A DNA stretch of 64,000 nucleotides from the NCBI GenBank assembly GCA_963575745.1, contig CAUYUJ010000029.1, positions 1 through 64,000 on the forward strand. Reading direction: 5' to 3'. A program made the position numbers and the translations under genes. Shown one piece after another: positions 41,001-48,750 of the stretch (its first letter is position 1; every line of letters starts with the position of its first letter). This DNA comes from Prorocentrum cordatum. Taxonomy: Eukaryota. Below the pieces are notes generated by a model. That model was not told where the DNA came from. It saw nothing but the letters and a program-made list of their open reading frames with translations, and did no database searches.

Positions 41001-44000
41001 GCCCGGCCCGCCCTAAAAACTGGCCTCGAGGTGCGACAGGGAAGAGTTATCTATAAGGAAAAGGAATGGAGGAGGAGGAGGAGGAGGAGGAGGAGGAGGA
41101 GGAGGAGGGGGAGGAGGAGGAGGAGGAGGAGGAGGAGGAGGAGGAGGAGCAGGAGGAGCAGGACGAGGAGGAGCAGGGGGAGGAGGAGATGGAGACGGAG
41201 GAAGAGGCGGGAGCAGCGGATGGAGGCGAAGGGCGAGCGGCAGAACAACCAAGACGGGGAGGACGAGGACGAGGAGTGGAGGACGAGGAGGAGGCGTGGG
41301 GCCGGCCGTGGGCTCGCTTGTGGCGACCGCGGTCCTCGTGATCGCCCTTCTTCTGCCCAGTGACCTCGACGGTGATGAGATCCAGCTGGCGCACGCACCT
41401 CGGAGTCCCGCCGGCACCCCCGGGGTTCAGCGCCGCATGGCATGGAGTCTGAGCACCCTGGGAACGCCCTCCTCCTCCTCCTCCTCCTCCTCTTCCGCCT
41501 CCTCCTCCTCCTCCTCTTCCTCCTCCTCCTCCTGCTCCGCCTGCTGCTCCTCCTCCGCCTCCTCCTCCTGCTGCTCCTCCTCCTCCTGCTCCTGCTCCTC
41601 CTCTTCCTCCTCCTCCTCCTCCTTCTTCTCCTCCTCTTTCTCTTCCTCGTCCTCCTTCCCCCCCATGGCATGGCATGGATTCCGAGCGCATGGATTCGCA
41701 GCGTCAGTCAGCATCGAGTCGGGGAATCGGATCGGATCGGAAGGAGCATCGGATCGGGCCGCGCCGGCTCAGAATCGAGGTCGAATCGGACCGGCCGCAT
41801 CAAGAGGCACAACATCGCCATGCGAGCATCGGGCCGCATCGGGTCGTCGGCACATCGGCATCGGGCCAGATCGGGCTGGCTCCACTCGACATCGAATCGG
41901 GCCGCATCGTATCGGGGAGGGGCCCTGCCATCCTCGTCTCCCAGACCGCGTGGTTTCGACTCGGAGCCAGCTCGGGCTTTCCCTGCCGGAGCTCGCAAAT
42001 CTTGATGGGCCTGTTTCCCACCACCACCACCACCATATGTTGAAGTGGGGGGGGTCCTCCTCCTCCTCCTCCTCCTCCTCCTCCTCCTCCTCCTCCTTCC
42101 CTCTCCAACTTATGGCGGTGGTGGTGGTGGAAAACGGGCCCAGCAAATCTGACCCGTGGAACCCTCGGAGCTCGGGGCGTGCCGCCTCCAGGGACCTCGC
42201 CTCTCGGAGGTGCTCCCTCCGCTCCGGATGTCCGAGGAGCTCGGCGGTGCTTCCCGCTGGTGCATGGCGCGTCGTGGTCGTGGATTTGGACGCCCGAAAT
42301 GGGTACGGAAAAGATGGGTACAATGCCCAGCAACAAATGCTGTCCCAAACCAGCAACGGTCGCTGTTGGGCAGGCGGCCTTCTGTCTCGAACTGTCACAG
42401 GCCGCGGCGGCGCGGACAGCGAGCTCTGTTCAAAATGAACAGGAACTGCTGTTCGGCGTTGTACCCATTCTTTCTGTGCCCATTTCGTTCGTGCCGAGTG
42501 GAGGTGGGAGCCGTGTTTTGTGAAAACCATGGGGGCCCGCTGATACTTTCGATGGAGGTTCGGGTCGCCTGCGTGTTCTGTCCGACTCGAGAAAGTCCCG
42601 CATCGCTGTATGCCGACTGTGCCAAACATTCCTGCCTCTGCGATGTGCCGTCTGCGGGTGAAACGCCCGCAATAATTCTCACGTCGCACGTAGCTTGACA
42701 TTTTGGCACCACCGCGCTTTCTGAGCAGCGGCGTGAGATGACGTCGAGACCTGAATAACCTGCACGAATCAGAACCGACCGGCGCCAATTCTGACAACCT
42801 GGGTCCATGAACTTCCCCTCGCACTGTCGTTTCTCAATTCAACTCTGAAGCCGGGTGTGCGAATTTCAGGGCAACGAGCTCGCATCCATTAATTAAAAGT
42901 TCCGCGACAGGATTCCCAAAGGTTTCCTATGTCGCCGTCGCGGGGACCCCAACCCCCACGCGTTGAAATTTCGTGAGTTTTGTGACGACCGTGACAGACC
43001 AGACGAATCGCCCCACACTGCCGTCCTTCTAATGGACGACGGCGACGACGACGACGACGACTGTGGCACGTCAGTTATAAGCCTGAGAAGGGAAAACTTC
43101 GGCTAGGATGTAAGCGATCCCATAACAAATTCTAAAATCACATTTCTCGTTTTGAGGCTCCCGTACACGACGACCCCTTGGCGCGGGTGATTGTGAACGT
43201 TTTCTGATTCGGCGTTTCGACACTAGGCGGAAGGGGGGGGAGGGGGGGGGTTCTGGCTCCAGACCTCTGCTTAATGCGATTGTTTGCAGCATTGCGTTCT
43301 ATGGGGGAGACCCCACTGGCTTGAAACAGGAGCCAAAAACAGCCAAAAACTACTCAGGGGGTGGGGGGGGTGCGAGGGAGGGTGCGAGGGCCCGCGCCGA
43401 TCGGCAAAACAAGGAATAAGAAAACGATAACAAAAAATGTTTCGCGCCCCGCGGAGTCTATTCATCAGCCCCGGGGAGACCATCATTTAATAATCACACG
43501 CTGACACTAGGAATACCTCAGGCTCGGCAAAGAACAAAGAGCACAGAGCTCTCACCCGCCACGGCAGTGAAACCCTATGCGTGGATCCATGTGGCCGACT
43601 CCGGAAACCTTAGGGACATATTGATGTCTCACCTTCTCGGAGTAGGAGGAGGGCGCGATTCCTCATTGCATCGCCGCGCCGCGAGACTGCTGGCTTGAAC
43701 ACCGGAAGAGACGCGCAACCTGATGCCTCAATTTTACCCGCGGGTCGGAAGCAGTATATCGAAACATGACGTCGAAAGGCGCAAGAAAGATTGGGCTTCC
43801 GCCCGCCCCCTGAAGAGGAAAGAAGAAAGGAAACCACTCGATCATTTGAGGAGAAACACAACTATGCGACGACCGAAGTGCACTTCTTTTTGGGGGGGGC
43901 GTTGGCAGAACTGGGTTTAGTGACCTGGTTTAGTGATGCGTACCGGGGGACGCCCCCCCCCGCCCCGTTCCACTGACCGGAACTGCTGCCACCCGAAAAA

Positions 44001-47000
44001 GTACCAGCTACGGCAGACCTGGCTCAGTGATTCTGGCCAATTCAGGGGCTCCGGGGCCCTACCACTGACCTTATATCGGGCGTGTCCCCCTACAGGGGGA
44101 TTTTCGACGAACAAATAAAAATCCCCCAAAAATATTCCAAAAAGGCAAAACAATACTCAAAAATACCCCCCAGACCATTTTTGGAGTATTTTTTGACTGT
44201 TGTTGGGGTATTTTTGAATTTTCGTAGAAAATCCCCCTGTAGGGGGACAGGCCCGACATAACCCTACCACCAACCGGGTCCCCTCACCTGCGGTCCTGAA
44301 GATGCCCGGTTTTTGCAACGCTGCTCCCGTGGCCTGGGAAGCTTCGCGGGGGCGACAGAACAGCCGCCCCAAACTGCGCTGCGCGACCCGAAGTCGGCCG
44401 CTTCCCGACAGGGAGGGCAGGCACGAGGAGGAGGAGGAGGAGGAGGAGGAGGAGGAGGAGGAGGGGGAGGAGGAGGAGGAGGAGGAGGAGAAGGAGGAGG
44501 AGGAGGAGGAGGAGGAGGCGGAGGAGGAGGAGGAGGCGGAGGAGCAGGGGGAGGAGGAGGAGGAGGAGGAGGCGGAGGCGGAGGAGGGCAGCTGTTCACT
44601 TCCGCCGCCCTTCCGCCGTCGGTGCCGCCGCCGGCTCTCCCTCCGCCCGCCCCCGCCGGCGGCGACGGCGCGCCGCGGGCGAGGGAGGCCCTCCCCGGAA
44701 GCGCGCCGCGCGCGCGCGCGGAGGCGCGGCGGCCAGCCCTGGGCCCGCGCGGCCCGAGGGGCCGGCGGCCGCGGGCCCGAGGCGCGGGCCCCTTGCTGCC
44801 CTCGCCCTTCTCCTTCTCGCTCAGGGGCCGGACGCGGCAGTAGACGCGGATGGAGCCCTTCAGGTCCTCGACCAGGTTGTGGATCCTCGCGCGCGCGCGC
44901 GCTGCGCAGCCTCGGAGGGCCGGCCGGGTGATCCGCTCGTCTTGCCGTCTCGCGCCTGGGCGGGGCAGCGCGCGGCCATGCGGGACTGGAGCTCCTGGGA
45001 GCCTCGCAGCCCAAGGGTAGGAGGCAGGCGGGAAGCGGAAACAACGGGGAACTGACGAGAGAACAACCGCGAGAAAGGAATTCTCACCTAGAGAGCAGAC
45101 GCTCCGCCTTCACAATAAGAACCCCTGACGAGCGAAACCTTTTAGTAAACGCGCCCACGGAGGGAATCGAACAGGGCGGGGCTGTTTAGTAAAAGCCCAG
45201 GGCTGTCCAGCAAACGCCAATCACCGGGGTCGGGGTGTTTTTTCTCCCTTGATTACCAGCGTGGGCTCCAAACAATGGAGTGCGGATCTGCCGCTTGGGG
45301 GCCCGATGTCCCACGACCTCCGGGGGCGATGGGTGTGGGCACCTCTGGGCCCCGCGGGGCTCCAACATGACATTATCCCAAGACGAAGCCACGACGAGGA
45401 AACAATTGGACGAAGATAAATCGAAAATCTCTGAAACCTGGCGGTTTTGGAGGATGCCTCTGGCGCCGCGGGGTTCTCGGAGTGTCCCGGAACGCTCTGA
45501 GAGCGTTCCGGAACGCTCTGGAACGGATTCATCCTCGTCCCAGCCCCGTCCGATGTCCACCACCTCCCGAGGTCCAGAAGGATCGCTCTCCCAGGCGGTG
45601 GGTCCCCGAAGGTCCGGACGCCTTCCCAGGCACTGGCTTTGCATTCCGAACTTTTCCCTGACAGTCCCAGGGTCCTGCGAGGGCCACCGGCGGGCGAAAC
45701 TTGTCAGAACCTTGTCGTCGAGTTTTTTCTTTCCTCCGCGGCGCGAGGAGGTCTGGGCAGGTTGCGAACCCCTGGGGGGGGGGGCGGGTGGCGAGGCGGC
45801 CCTGGGGAGAAAGATCCTGTCAGGGAGGAGGAGGAGGAGGAGGAGGAGGAGGAGGAGGAGGAGGAGAGGAGGGAGGAGGAGGGAGGAGAGGATGAGGAGG
45901 AGGAGGAGGAGGAGGAGGAGGAGGAGGAGGAGGAGGAGGAGGAGGAGGAAGAGGAGAAGGAGGAGGAGGAGGAAGAGGAGGAGGAGGAGGAGGACGACGC
46001 ACAGCCTGGCGCAACAGAGGTGACTGAAGCGCCAGACACCAGAAGAACACGTAGAAATTTGCGTCCACGGCGAACTCCTCGTGACGGCAGGTGCAACGCT
46101 CTGGTGAGACCCCCTGCCGTTTCCCCCCTGCCACCACCTCCCGCCAGCAACCCCAGCGGCACGAGCGTGACGACCGCGACCGCGAACGGAGGGCCAGGGG
46201 CCGCTCCATCGTTTTCCTCCAAGAGAAGGACCTTCGCGCTGGCCTCGCAGACTGACTCATGGCCACAACCACGCCCAACGCGGGGCCGCAGGAGAACCGA
46301 GCACGCATGCCCACGGACAGTGAAGTGGGCGGGCCCCTATCTTGTCCTTGCCCTTGCCTGGCCTCGACGGGCGCGGCGGCGGACCATCTGCCCAGGCGAC
46401 GTCGTCGAGCGAAGCGACCTCGTCGTCGATCACCATGCCGCAGCCATCCACCTCCGCCTTGCGAAGCTGCGCTCCGCCGTCGCCGCGAGCATCAAGAGCT
46501 CCGAGGGGGTCCGCCGCGCGGATCGCGCCGCCGCGCCCACGAGGCCGGCGTCGGCGGCCAGGCGCCGCCATGCCGCCTGCAGGCGCCGGCGCGGCCGCCG
46601 CCACCGGAACATTGAGCGCTGCGACGACTGCACGCAGCAGCCCTCCGGCGGCGCGAGGCAGCCGCGCCCCCTCGGGAAACGACCCCCGGCCAAGCCGCAG
46701 GCGGCGTGCCTGGCCAGGAGCGCCCCGCATGCAGCCTCCGCGGTGCAGCGCCACCCGTCCATCGCCCCTGGCATCGGTGCGCCGCGGTGGAGCCTGTGAG
46801 GAGAACTTGCCGAACTGGGCTGAGGAGGAAGAGGAGGCGGAGGAGGAGGAGGAGGAGGAGGAGAAGGAGGAGGAGGAGGGGGAGGAGGAGGAGGAGGAGG
46901 AGGAGAACTTGCCGAACTGGCTGAGGAGGAAGAGGAGGCGGAGGAGGAGGAGGAGAGGAGGGGAGGAGGAGGGGGGAGGAGGAGGAGAGGAGGAGGAGGA

Positions 47001-47245
47001 GGAGGGAGAGGGGGAGGAGGGGGAGGAGGAGAATGAGGAAGAAAAGGAGCAGGACGATGAAATGGTGATGTGTTCCCGGCGTGCTTCTCTATGTTGCGAC
47101 GCAAGGGAGGCCTGGGGGAAGCCGCTCGGGCGACCGCGGGCGGGCAAGCGCCGGCGGGCAGCGGCCAACGAGGCCGGGAGTCCCAGGGTCCTCTTCCGCA
47201 CCTGGTCGTGCTCCACGAGGTCGACGATGGTCCAGCCGAACTCGC
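475..47245 (-). CDS. Kinesin-14 family (C-terminal motor, KIFC/KCBP-like) gene, multi-exon, partial; continues beyond the window start
   Basis: Manually spliced exons give ...EFGWTIVDLVEHDQVRKR|IHNLVEDLKGSIRVYCRVRPLSEKEKGEGSKG|CVRQLDLITVE|(AAKE)APDVSKHAYDAVFMPGTQEDVFADCK|ELVQSVLDGYNVTVFAYGQTGGG|KTHTMIGVPGSADLEG|IVPRTINELFGKMAANAEHWKYELKTAVM|ELYCSQLVDLLPAPAQPTSPR|AKPKEESIWTIADKDK. This has the kinesin-14 neck (HNxxEDLKGxIRVYCRVRP), P-loop GQTGxGKT, GIVPR and ELY motifs in the right order with compatible phases. Confidence 0.93.
694..828 (+). repeat. About 53-bp tandem repeat x2.5
   Basis: CTCCCGCTGGAACGCTGGCCTCATTTCCGCGCTTCC... repeated. Confidence 0.85.
2547..2690 (+). repeat. Dispersed repeat family B (about 150 bp, no TIR); also at 16638-16985, 24986-25148, 25455-25595, 38268-38890 and 39035-39197
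   Basis: Shared GGGCCC..GACACACA...CCCATATTT...TCGA..ATT..TG(T/C)GTCTGTGTG.TTT..CCCTCC(T/C)GA layout, all in the same orientation. Confidence 0.8.
3440..7519 (-). CDS. Deleted LINE ORF2 frame (1359 aa): APE endonuclease N-half joined to C-terminal Zn-knuckle remnants
   Basis: APE motifs FVTLNV, DVILAQE, SEGVGVL and VSAYL (about 5210-5570); degenerate knuckle CQLRGEESGTLARRHHRCPAW (about 4570-4625); GH..LVCSACWGY tail motif; no YADD. Confidence 0.65.
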   Translation of the reverse strand: MNRPDDRESFGATSEREGGSALRPPSFPKCVSCHSSTFQDLRVKSSSESAGPPPPSPACCLPAAEQRARPYQRWGLRPCLASSCARAAGTAGTSARERSAGCAGSGWSWRPRSLRPALGSGRTVAAADPNSHIAAAAAEAHRRMEPRAASAARAAVQPTVVAAVQPPVAAAGVARAAMAEAPSRGPPGRPCPRASSTRSSPVGTQPSQPGCRRRSAKRGALSRPRSPQCRSRSSNVWSRPRRSGSTSSASWMRRRTRSRRRRTTSLNAAAGVTRLRAASRRPRGRRTPSCASVPKRRASWEPSPTARGCPPSTLTRSRLTTSPSWRRRRRPPSGASAMRGSRSCRARRLRSSATARSTSSASSARSRRRWPRSGSAPRRGLQQPWPLAPPCRARAPRRSLPGRRPPLLPPPPPLQTLRLGLGLPQRQRWRAERQTRRPASALPTRRPLRRPLHLLLALLLAAAWPARSTLLPGGGPDSAAPPAPVGAEGTEAAAPSRSEAAAAPGGGLPAYKAANVATDAWVELPFIVPLLRQERRFGVVRHDTKFEALSSRTEPSAAAGLAGPDRRTGSPQPSQGPTCHSGYPIQVYEATGEGVRPPEVRSPEAASSRPPGGPAAAAATEQPAAQPQPGRPQAKPLQLAKQIRPTGPKPTSFVTLNVSTSSEKKVEMERIQEGGGDDVILAQERRCAYSQKAANACCWARSNSFSAAFGSVHSTGQAAQAGSEGVGVLESTTWGVAATDHDGHQHSARILARRVAFGDLAVTEVSAYLELPFRRLKESVETAELHLTDQFGISEGEWYQGRAKGPRSVKKKLADQQRRKAVRKLSPLTSCRLRLGRIARQLGAAAAGCSPPVGHVGYMKHLVQVARSLGRNFEQAGSTAFEGKKLVSLKEVTQVPTVQGQAFLRAIERALASHRGLHGDGDYQQDECGCCFALRYSSALVAEKAKEKDRKEAAVQEYDARPATLCQLRGEESGTLARRHHRCPAWGGWRQGRSPADLLRAAELVAEFDGEVDFLHAAAAEPAPGTGGFSPPKSQSQGRGEFGKLHDAEVRGPVVSAAGNLQMPVAEADVGDGEAQAAAADGGPLLATAAALAAVAAAAASCSRPSPARRRPASADRPAEVLRRAPQRRVQEQSRRRQASAPEPSPRRAAAAAACSGPAPEVAADVARPAGLRVYGHLIRGSRVEGNGSEPPLVCSACWGYRRLPRCAHRGLAMPRGASAAAGQPTSLRGSRAQARTDFARGTLPASKDPFAPLAPPMESTRLCWATAPQARLGHGAEEQALAAAPVPSQRQPAAAPPPPPAAGDGGQAAAPPCAAAPRRLVAAAPRAEAEEPRQVRPGLEGALCARGFAVAAAARGRE
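6117..7301 (-). CDS. LINE ORF1-like protein (394 aa): N-terminal C4 zinc finger, Gly-rich region, coiled coil
   Basis: CTGCRYRWNFRSRAKCWLCG (RanBP2-like spacing), GGKCGKGRG segment, heptad-rich E/A/Q/R stretch; GC3-rich. Confidence 0.75.
   Translation of the reverse strand: MGPKAVPGFVVCTGCRYRWNFRSRAKCWLCGIGLELAPSKPSPRVGVWADGGGGGPQLAHRGGGGGGPPKNGAKGGKCGKGRGAAYRGGGGAASRGGGGGGAGCHGGGAFPRAPWSALPESELDALLACGDPAIAARLQEAVREARSFVAPAVAPVPKPLEQRLESATAKRINLQRQLDEAADALAAAEDHLAECRGWRDEAAGSLAEAKGEENALLRQRAQAAGVVGAQPDGARLPTFNFDAESFDNFAELEEEAQAALRRLCDEGLQIMQGAQATFERNCQEHQQRIKRQIAEEVAKKRKRTEEGPAAAVAPGTPVQGAGAPPQPAGQAAAPAAPAAPAADAAPGAGTPPAAAMESRAADEAARQRAADQKAAAAAPPPPAGAAAGSGLARA
7523..7544 (-). other. Dinoflagellate spliced leader copy (TCCGTAGCCATTTTGGCTCAAG)
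   Basis: 22/22 match to DCCGTAGCCATTTTGGCTCAAG. Confidence 0.97.
7876..8041. mobile_element. MITE with 34-bp TIR
   Basis: GCGAAAGCTGGCAAATCCGTGGCAGCTAAAACGG ... CCGTTTTAGCAGCCACGGGTTTGCCAGCCTTCGC. Confidence 0.75.
8460..8725 (+). pseudogene. LINE ORF2 3'-terminal fragment
   Basis: Translates as HGHNHGVAELAPGEHFIIACQKCGAYAVSSPRNLRNECP and, after a frameshift, ICKGKHP; the same type of GH..CxxCxxY tail motif as element 1. Confidence 0.55.
8737..8950. mobile_element. MITE-like family C with internal GTTCT(T/A)AGAAC palindromes; second copy at 32212-32425
   Basis: Two similar copies; subterminal inverted repeat CTATAGTCCTACCA / TGGTAGGGCGATAG. Confidence 0.75.
9233..9295 (-). CDS. Kinesin exon (ELYCSQLVDLLPAPAQPTSPR)
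   Basis: Kinesin ELYNxxxxDLL motif; AG|G acceptor, GC donor. Confidence 0.88.
10281..10406. mobile_element. MITE family D (about 125 bp); also at 11877-12002, 29667-29793, 33281-33405 and 50926-51056
   Basis: TIR CATCGCTCGGACGT...ACGTCCGAGCGATG in five copies. Confidence 0.85.
11415..11585 (+). repeat. Dispersed repeat family E; second copy at 43903-44070
   Basis: GGCAGAACTGGGTTTA...GGGCCCTACCACT shared. Confidence 0.75.
12600..15050 (-). pseudogene. Highly degenerate LINE (APE/RT) remnant
   Basis: Lower-GC block with broken motifs VTTLNV (about 14815), GLRPIG (about 12960) and PLGC (about 12705) in LINE order; interrupted by a MITE at 14489-14651. Confidence 0.4.
16662..16844. mobile_element. 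MITE family A (about 180 bp, about 33-bp TIR, TA ends); also at 50494-50677, partial at 2110-2221
   Basis: TACTCCAGATTTCGTAA(C/T)AAAAGGGAGG...CCTCCCTTTTATTACGAAATCTGGA(G/A)TA. Confidence 0.85.
17563..17651 (-). CDS. Kinesin exon (GIVPRTINELFGKMAANAEHWKYELKTAVM)
   Basis: GIVPR..ELF motif; CAG|G acceptor, GA donor. Confidence 0.92.
18180..18720. repeat. About 550-bp dispersed repeat; inverted copy at about 23600-24270
   Basis: Reverse-complement similarity along its length (e.g. AACATGTTCAGCGGTCGTC / GACGACCGCTGAACATG). Confidence 0.8.
21384..21431 (-). CDS. Kinesin exon (GKTHTMIGVPGSADLE), second half of the P-loop
   Basis: GKTHTM motif; phase 1 at both ends; GC donor. Confidence 0.92.
21565..21857 (+). 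repeat. (AAG/AAT)n AT-rich microsatellite
   Basis: Direct reading. Confidence 0.9.
26080..26487 (+). repeat. (GAT)n degenerate microsatellite; similar tracts at 39760-40220 and 61840-62070
   Basis: Direct reading. Confidence 0.9.
26896..26962 (-). CDS. Kinesin exon (ELVQSVLDGYNVTVFAYGQTGG)
   Basis: Classic LVQSxLDGYNVxxFAYGQTG motif; GC donor. Confidence 0.95.
27020..27218. mobile_element. MITE with G/C-run TIRs
   Basis: GGGTCGGGCGAAAGGGGGG...CCCCCCTTTCGCCCGACCC. Confidence 0.72.
30597..30748. mobile_element. Foldback MITE family H; also at 21870-21997, 27413-27567 and 35868-36025, with half copies at 27955-28418
   Basis: TIR AAACTTTTGGCGCTC(C/T)GCGCGG..TCTTGGATC...GATCCAAGAAATCCGCGCGGAGCGCCAAAAGTTT. 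Confidence 0.82.
30897..30973 (-). repeat. Interstitial telomeric repeat (TTTAGGG) x about 11
   Basis: Perfect (CCCTAAA)n on the + strand. Confidence 0.95.
31387..31476 (-). CDS. Kinesin exon (APDVSKHAYDAVFMPGTQEDVFADCK)
   Basis: FDxVF..TQxxVF motif; GA donor; acceptor ambiguous (31476, 31467 or 31464). Confidence 0.9.
32591..32757. mobile_element. MITE family F (about 165 bp); also at 49796-49963, 51586-51750 and, inverted, 14489-14651
   Basis: TIR GGATGGACAGACCTCC...GGAGGTCTGTCCACC. Confidence 0.82.
33000..33270 (+). repeat. Dispersed repeat; second copy at about 45290-45560
   Basis: Shared GACGAAGCCA.GACGAGGA and GAGAGCGTTCCGGA..GCTC.GGAACGGATT segments. Confidence 0.6.
34087..35169 (-). 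CDS. Hypothetical protein (360 aa) in the SL retrocopy
   Basis: AUG 33 nt downstream of the SL; intronless; contains a duplicated LQMASASAxPSPxSARGG unit; no recognisable domain. Confidence 0.5.
   Translation of the reverse strand: MATVGCPSMWRPSSMRQADAARLGPSAARRLARARAQRACEAALRLAFGSGEPGSWRDREAAARPALRCLSARRRIPGAARLRRNAAWHAAEAPEGGFASASSAELPAAAAGPRLEWWTAERSGLDISDSSHAKFGDGVVAMDGVQDESLLQGLGFGSCCNFGKQLEPIGSWLAPGSWTPPDVELGVAFGDGFQVALSLAAQLFAADAGYTSADAVFSSVCSGKEVQGVSDGLQMASASARPSPSSARGGYPGALQMASASAMPSPMSARGGFPDVAVGHHVGAAPRGPGWWRARAAIASEWLGSTTDMKGDADVEDVRARQSRVWCPVGLPPDPGEGFLFGPPSSSSASLFSSWSACCP
35203..35224 (-). other. Dinoflagellate spliced leader copy
   Basis: 22/22 match. Confidence 0.97.
36105..36590 (+). 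repeat. Local duplication (period about 318 bp) with related fragments at 37025-37130 and 38080-38125
   Basis: GGGAACACGCGCCCCCCAGCCGAGCAGTAGCTGTGA...TCTTTTGGTGTGGGAG repeated. Confidence 0.8.
37255..38020 (+). repeat. About 780-bp element containing an 88-89-bp tandem repeat (4 units); second copy at 40245-41050 (5 units)
   Basis: Unit GAATGTGCGCGGCGCTAAGGCGAGAACCACATTTTGAAAACCACCCGCCCTCAATCCGTGAAACT...; flanks shared between the two copies. Confidence 0.88.
38300..38760 (+). repeat. (CACAGCA/CACAACA)n degenerate satellite expanded inside a family B repeat
   Basis: Direct reading. Confidence 0.9.
41365..41398 (-). CDS. Kinesin exon (CVRQLDLITVE)
   Basis: AG|G acceptor in phase 2 matching the previous exon; fits the beta-strand region after RVRP; donor position uncertain. 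Confidence 0.75.
44077..44256. mobile_element. MITE family G; also at 32851-32992
   Basis: TIR TCGGGCGTGTCCCCCTACAGGGGGATTTT...AAAATCCCCCTGTAGGGGGACAGGCCCGA. Confidence 0.82.
44790..44885 (-). CDS. Kinesin-14 neck/motor-start exon (IHNLVEDLKGSIRVYCRVRPLSEKEKGEGSK)
   Basis: Diagnostic kinesin-14 neck sequence; AG|G acceptor, GC donor. Confidence 0.95.
47191..47245 (-). CDS. Kinesin exon upstream of the neck (REFGWTIVDLVEHDQVRKR)
   Basis: A GA donor in phase 2 gives QVRKR-IHNL, matching the RKRxHN neck consensus; 5' boundary obscured by an adjacent microsatellite. Confidence 0.8.
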
Positions 47246-47599
47246 GCGAGGCTCCTCCTCCTCCTCCTCCTCCTCCTCCTCGTCCTTCTACTCCCGCTAT
47301 TCCTCCTCCCCCTTCCTCCTCCCCCTCCTCCTCCTCCTCGTCCTCCTCCTCCTCCTCCTCCTCGTCCTCGTCCTCCTCCTCCTCCTCCTCCTCCTCCCCC
47401 TCCTCCTCCTCCTCCTCCCCCTCCTCCTCCTCTCCCTCCTCCTCCTCCTCCTCCTCCTCCTCCCCCTCCTCCTCCTCCTCCTCCTCCTCCTCCTCCTCCT
47501 CCTCCTCCTCCTCCTCCTCATCCTCCTCTTTGCAGTGCAACGCATGAACTTCCAGAAACTTGTGCAGATGCGTGAAGCAATACGCAAGCGTCGCCCGCT

Positions 47600-48750
47600 C
47601 GCGTTCATCGTCGTCTGACCAGTTTGGCTGGCGCTTCAGGATGCGTAGGAGTGTCCATGTTCGAGGGCATCTGGTACCTAGCTTTTGTGCCCCGCGCCTC
47701 TAACGCATGCAAGCTGTCGTCCAGCACGCGCTCTGGCAATTCGCGCAAGAACGCATCCCGACACGACACAACGCGCATCCTGCTCCAGACCCTGATCTCG
47801 CCCAAGCGCTTTACAAGCCGTGCTCTGCTGACACATTCTTTGCCGCAGACAGGGCCTACACTGATGTCTCCGACGTGTGCCTGGAGTTTCTGCTTCACTT
47901 TGTGGACTGTGCCCTGATGACAGGCCATTCTCTGCGCGTTGTACAAACACTTGGGGCACTTCGGGCATTGTAGAGACTTGCGGTTTCCACGAGTGCTGCA
48001 CAATCGATGTTGTGTGCGATCGTCTGTGTGGTCCTGGTACACTTTGACCGAAGCCTTCCAATCCGCTGGGTAGCTTGCGGCCATATTCCACCATGCTTTC
48101 AGGTCTTCTCTTGGCGCAAATTCATTGGCTGTCTTTTCCTGAATTGCCTTTTGAAACACCTCCGGATCACGCGTAACCGCGTTGACCCATGGGAGTCCGC
48201 GTCCCAACTACGTGTTTGCCTAGAGGATGGCCACCAAAGCTGCCGGTCATGCCTCGCCAATCGAGCCAAACATGTATGCCACTTCTCCCGCAACAAGCAA
48301 TCAAAAGAGACGACATCAAAAACTGTCCTGACTTGCTCGTGGCTGTTTTTCGCTCTCTGGTACCTCTGATCTCCATGCGTCGCCTGGCTCGCATGTACAT
48401 GCAGTTCAACATGATGCGGGGTTTCCCTTTCACCTCTGACAACACATGCGTGTCGTAACTCAGCTGCGATGGCACCATAGACGAGGCGACCTGGACACGT
48501 CTCTGGCGGCCGAAAAGCTTCTCCCCAGTAGTATCTGTGATCGCGGAACGTACGCATGCAAGCTTTGCGTCGGGAACGAGGTTCCAGCCGGCGGGGATAA
48601 TGCCACCGAGGTGCTTGCACGTTTGCGCACAGCAAGCCTGAAGCGGGTTATGTGGGGGTTATGCTTTCCTCTTCCTTGCACGGAGCTCGGCCGATAGTCG
48701 CTTAGTCACCACCAAATCTCTGCCTGCTGCAATACTTGCGCACGCGCAGA
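47600..48750 (-). pseudogene. Degenerate LINE 3' part with C2H2-like zinc fingers
   Basis: CPKCPKCLYNAQRMACHQGTVH and GPVCGKECVSRARLVKRL, preceded by a post-RT-like segment (FDCLLREKWHTCLARLARH); frameshifted. Confidence 0.55.
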
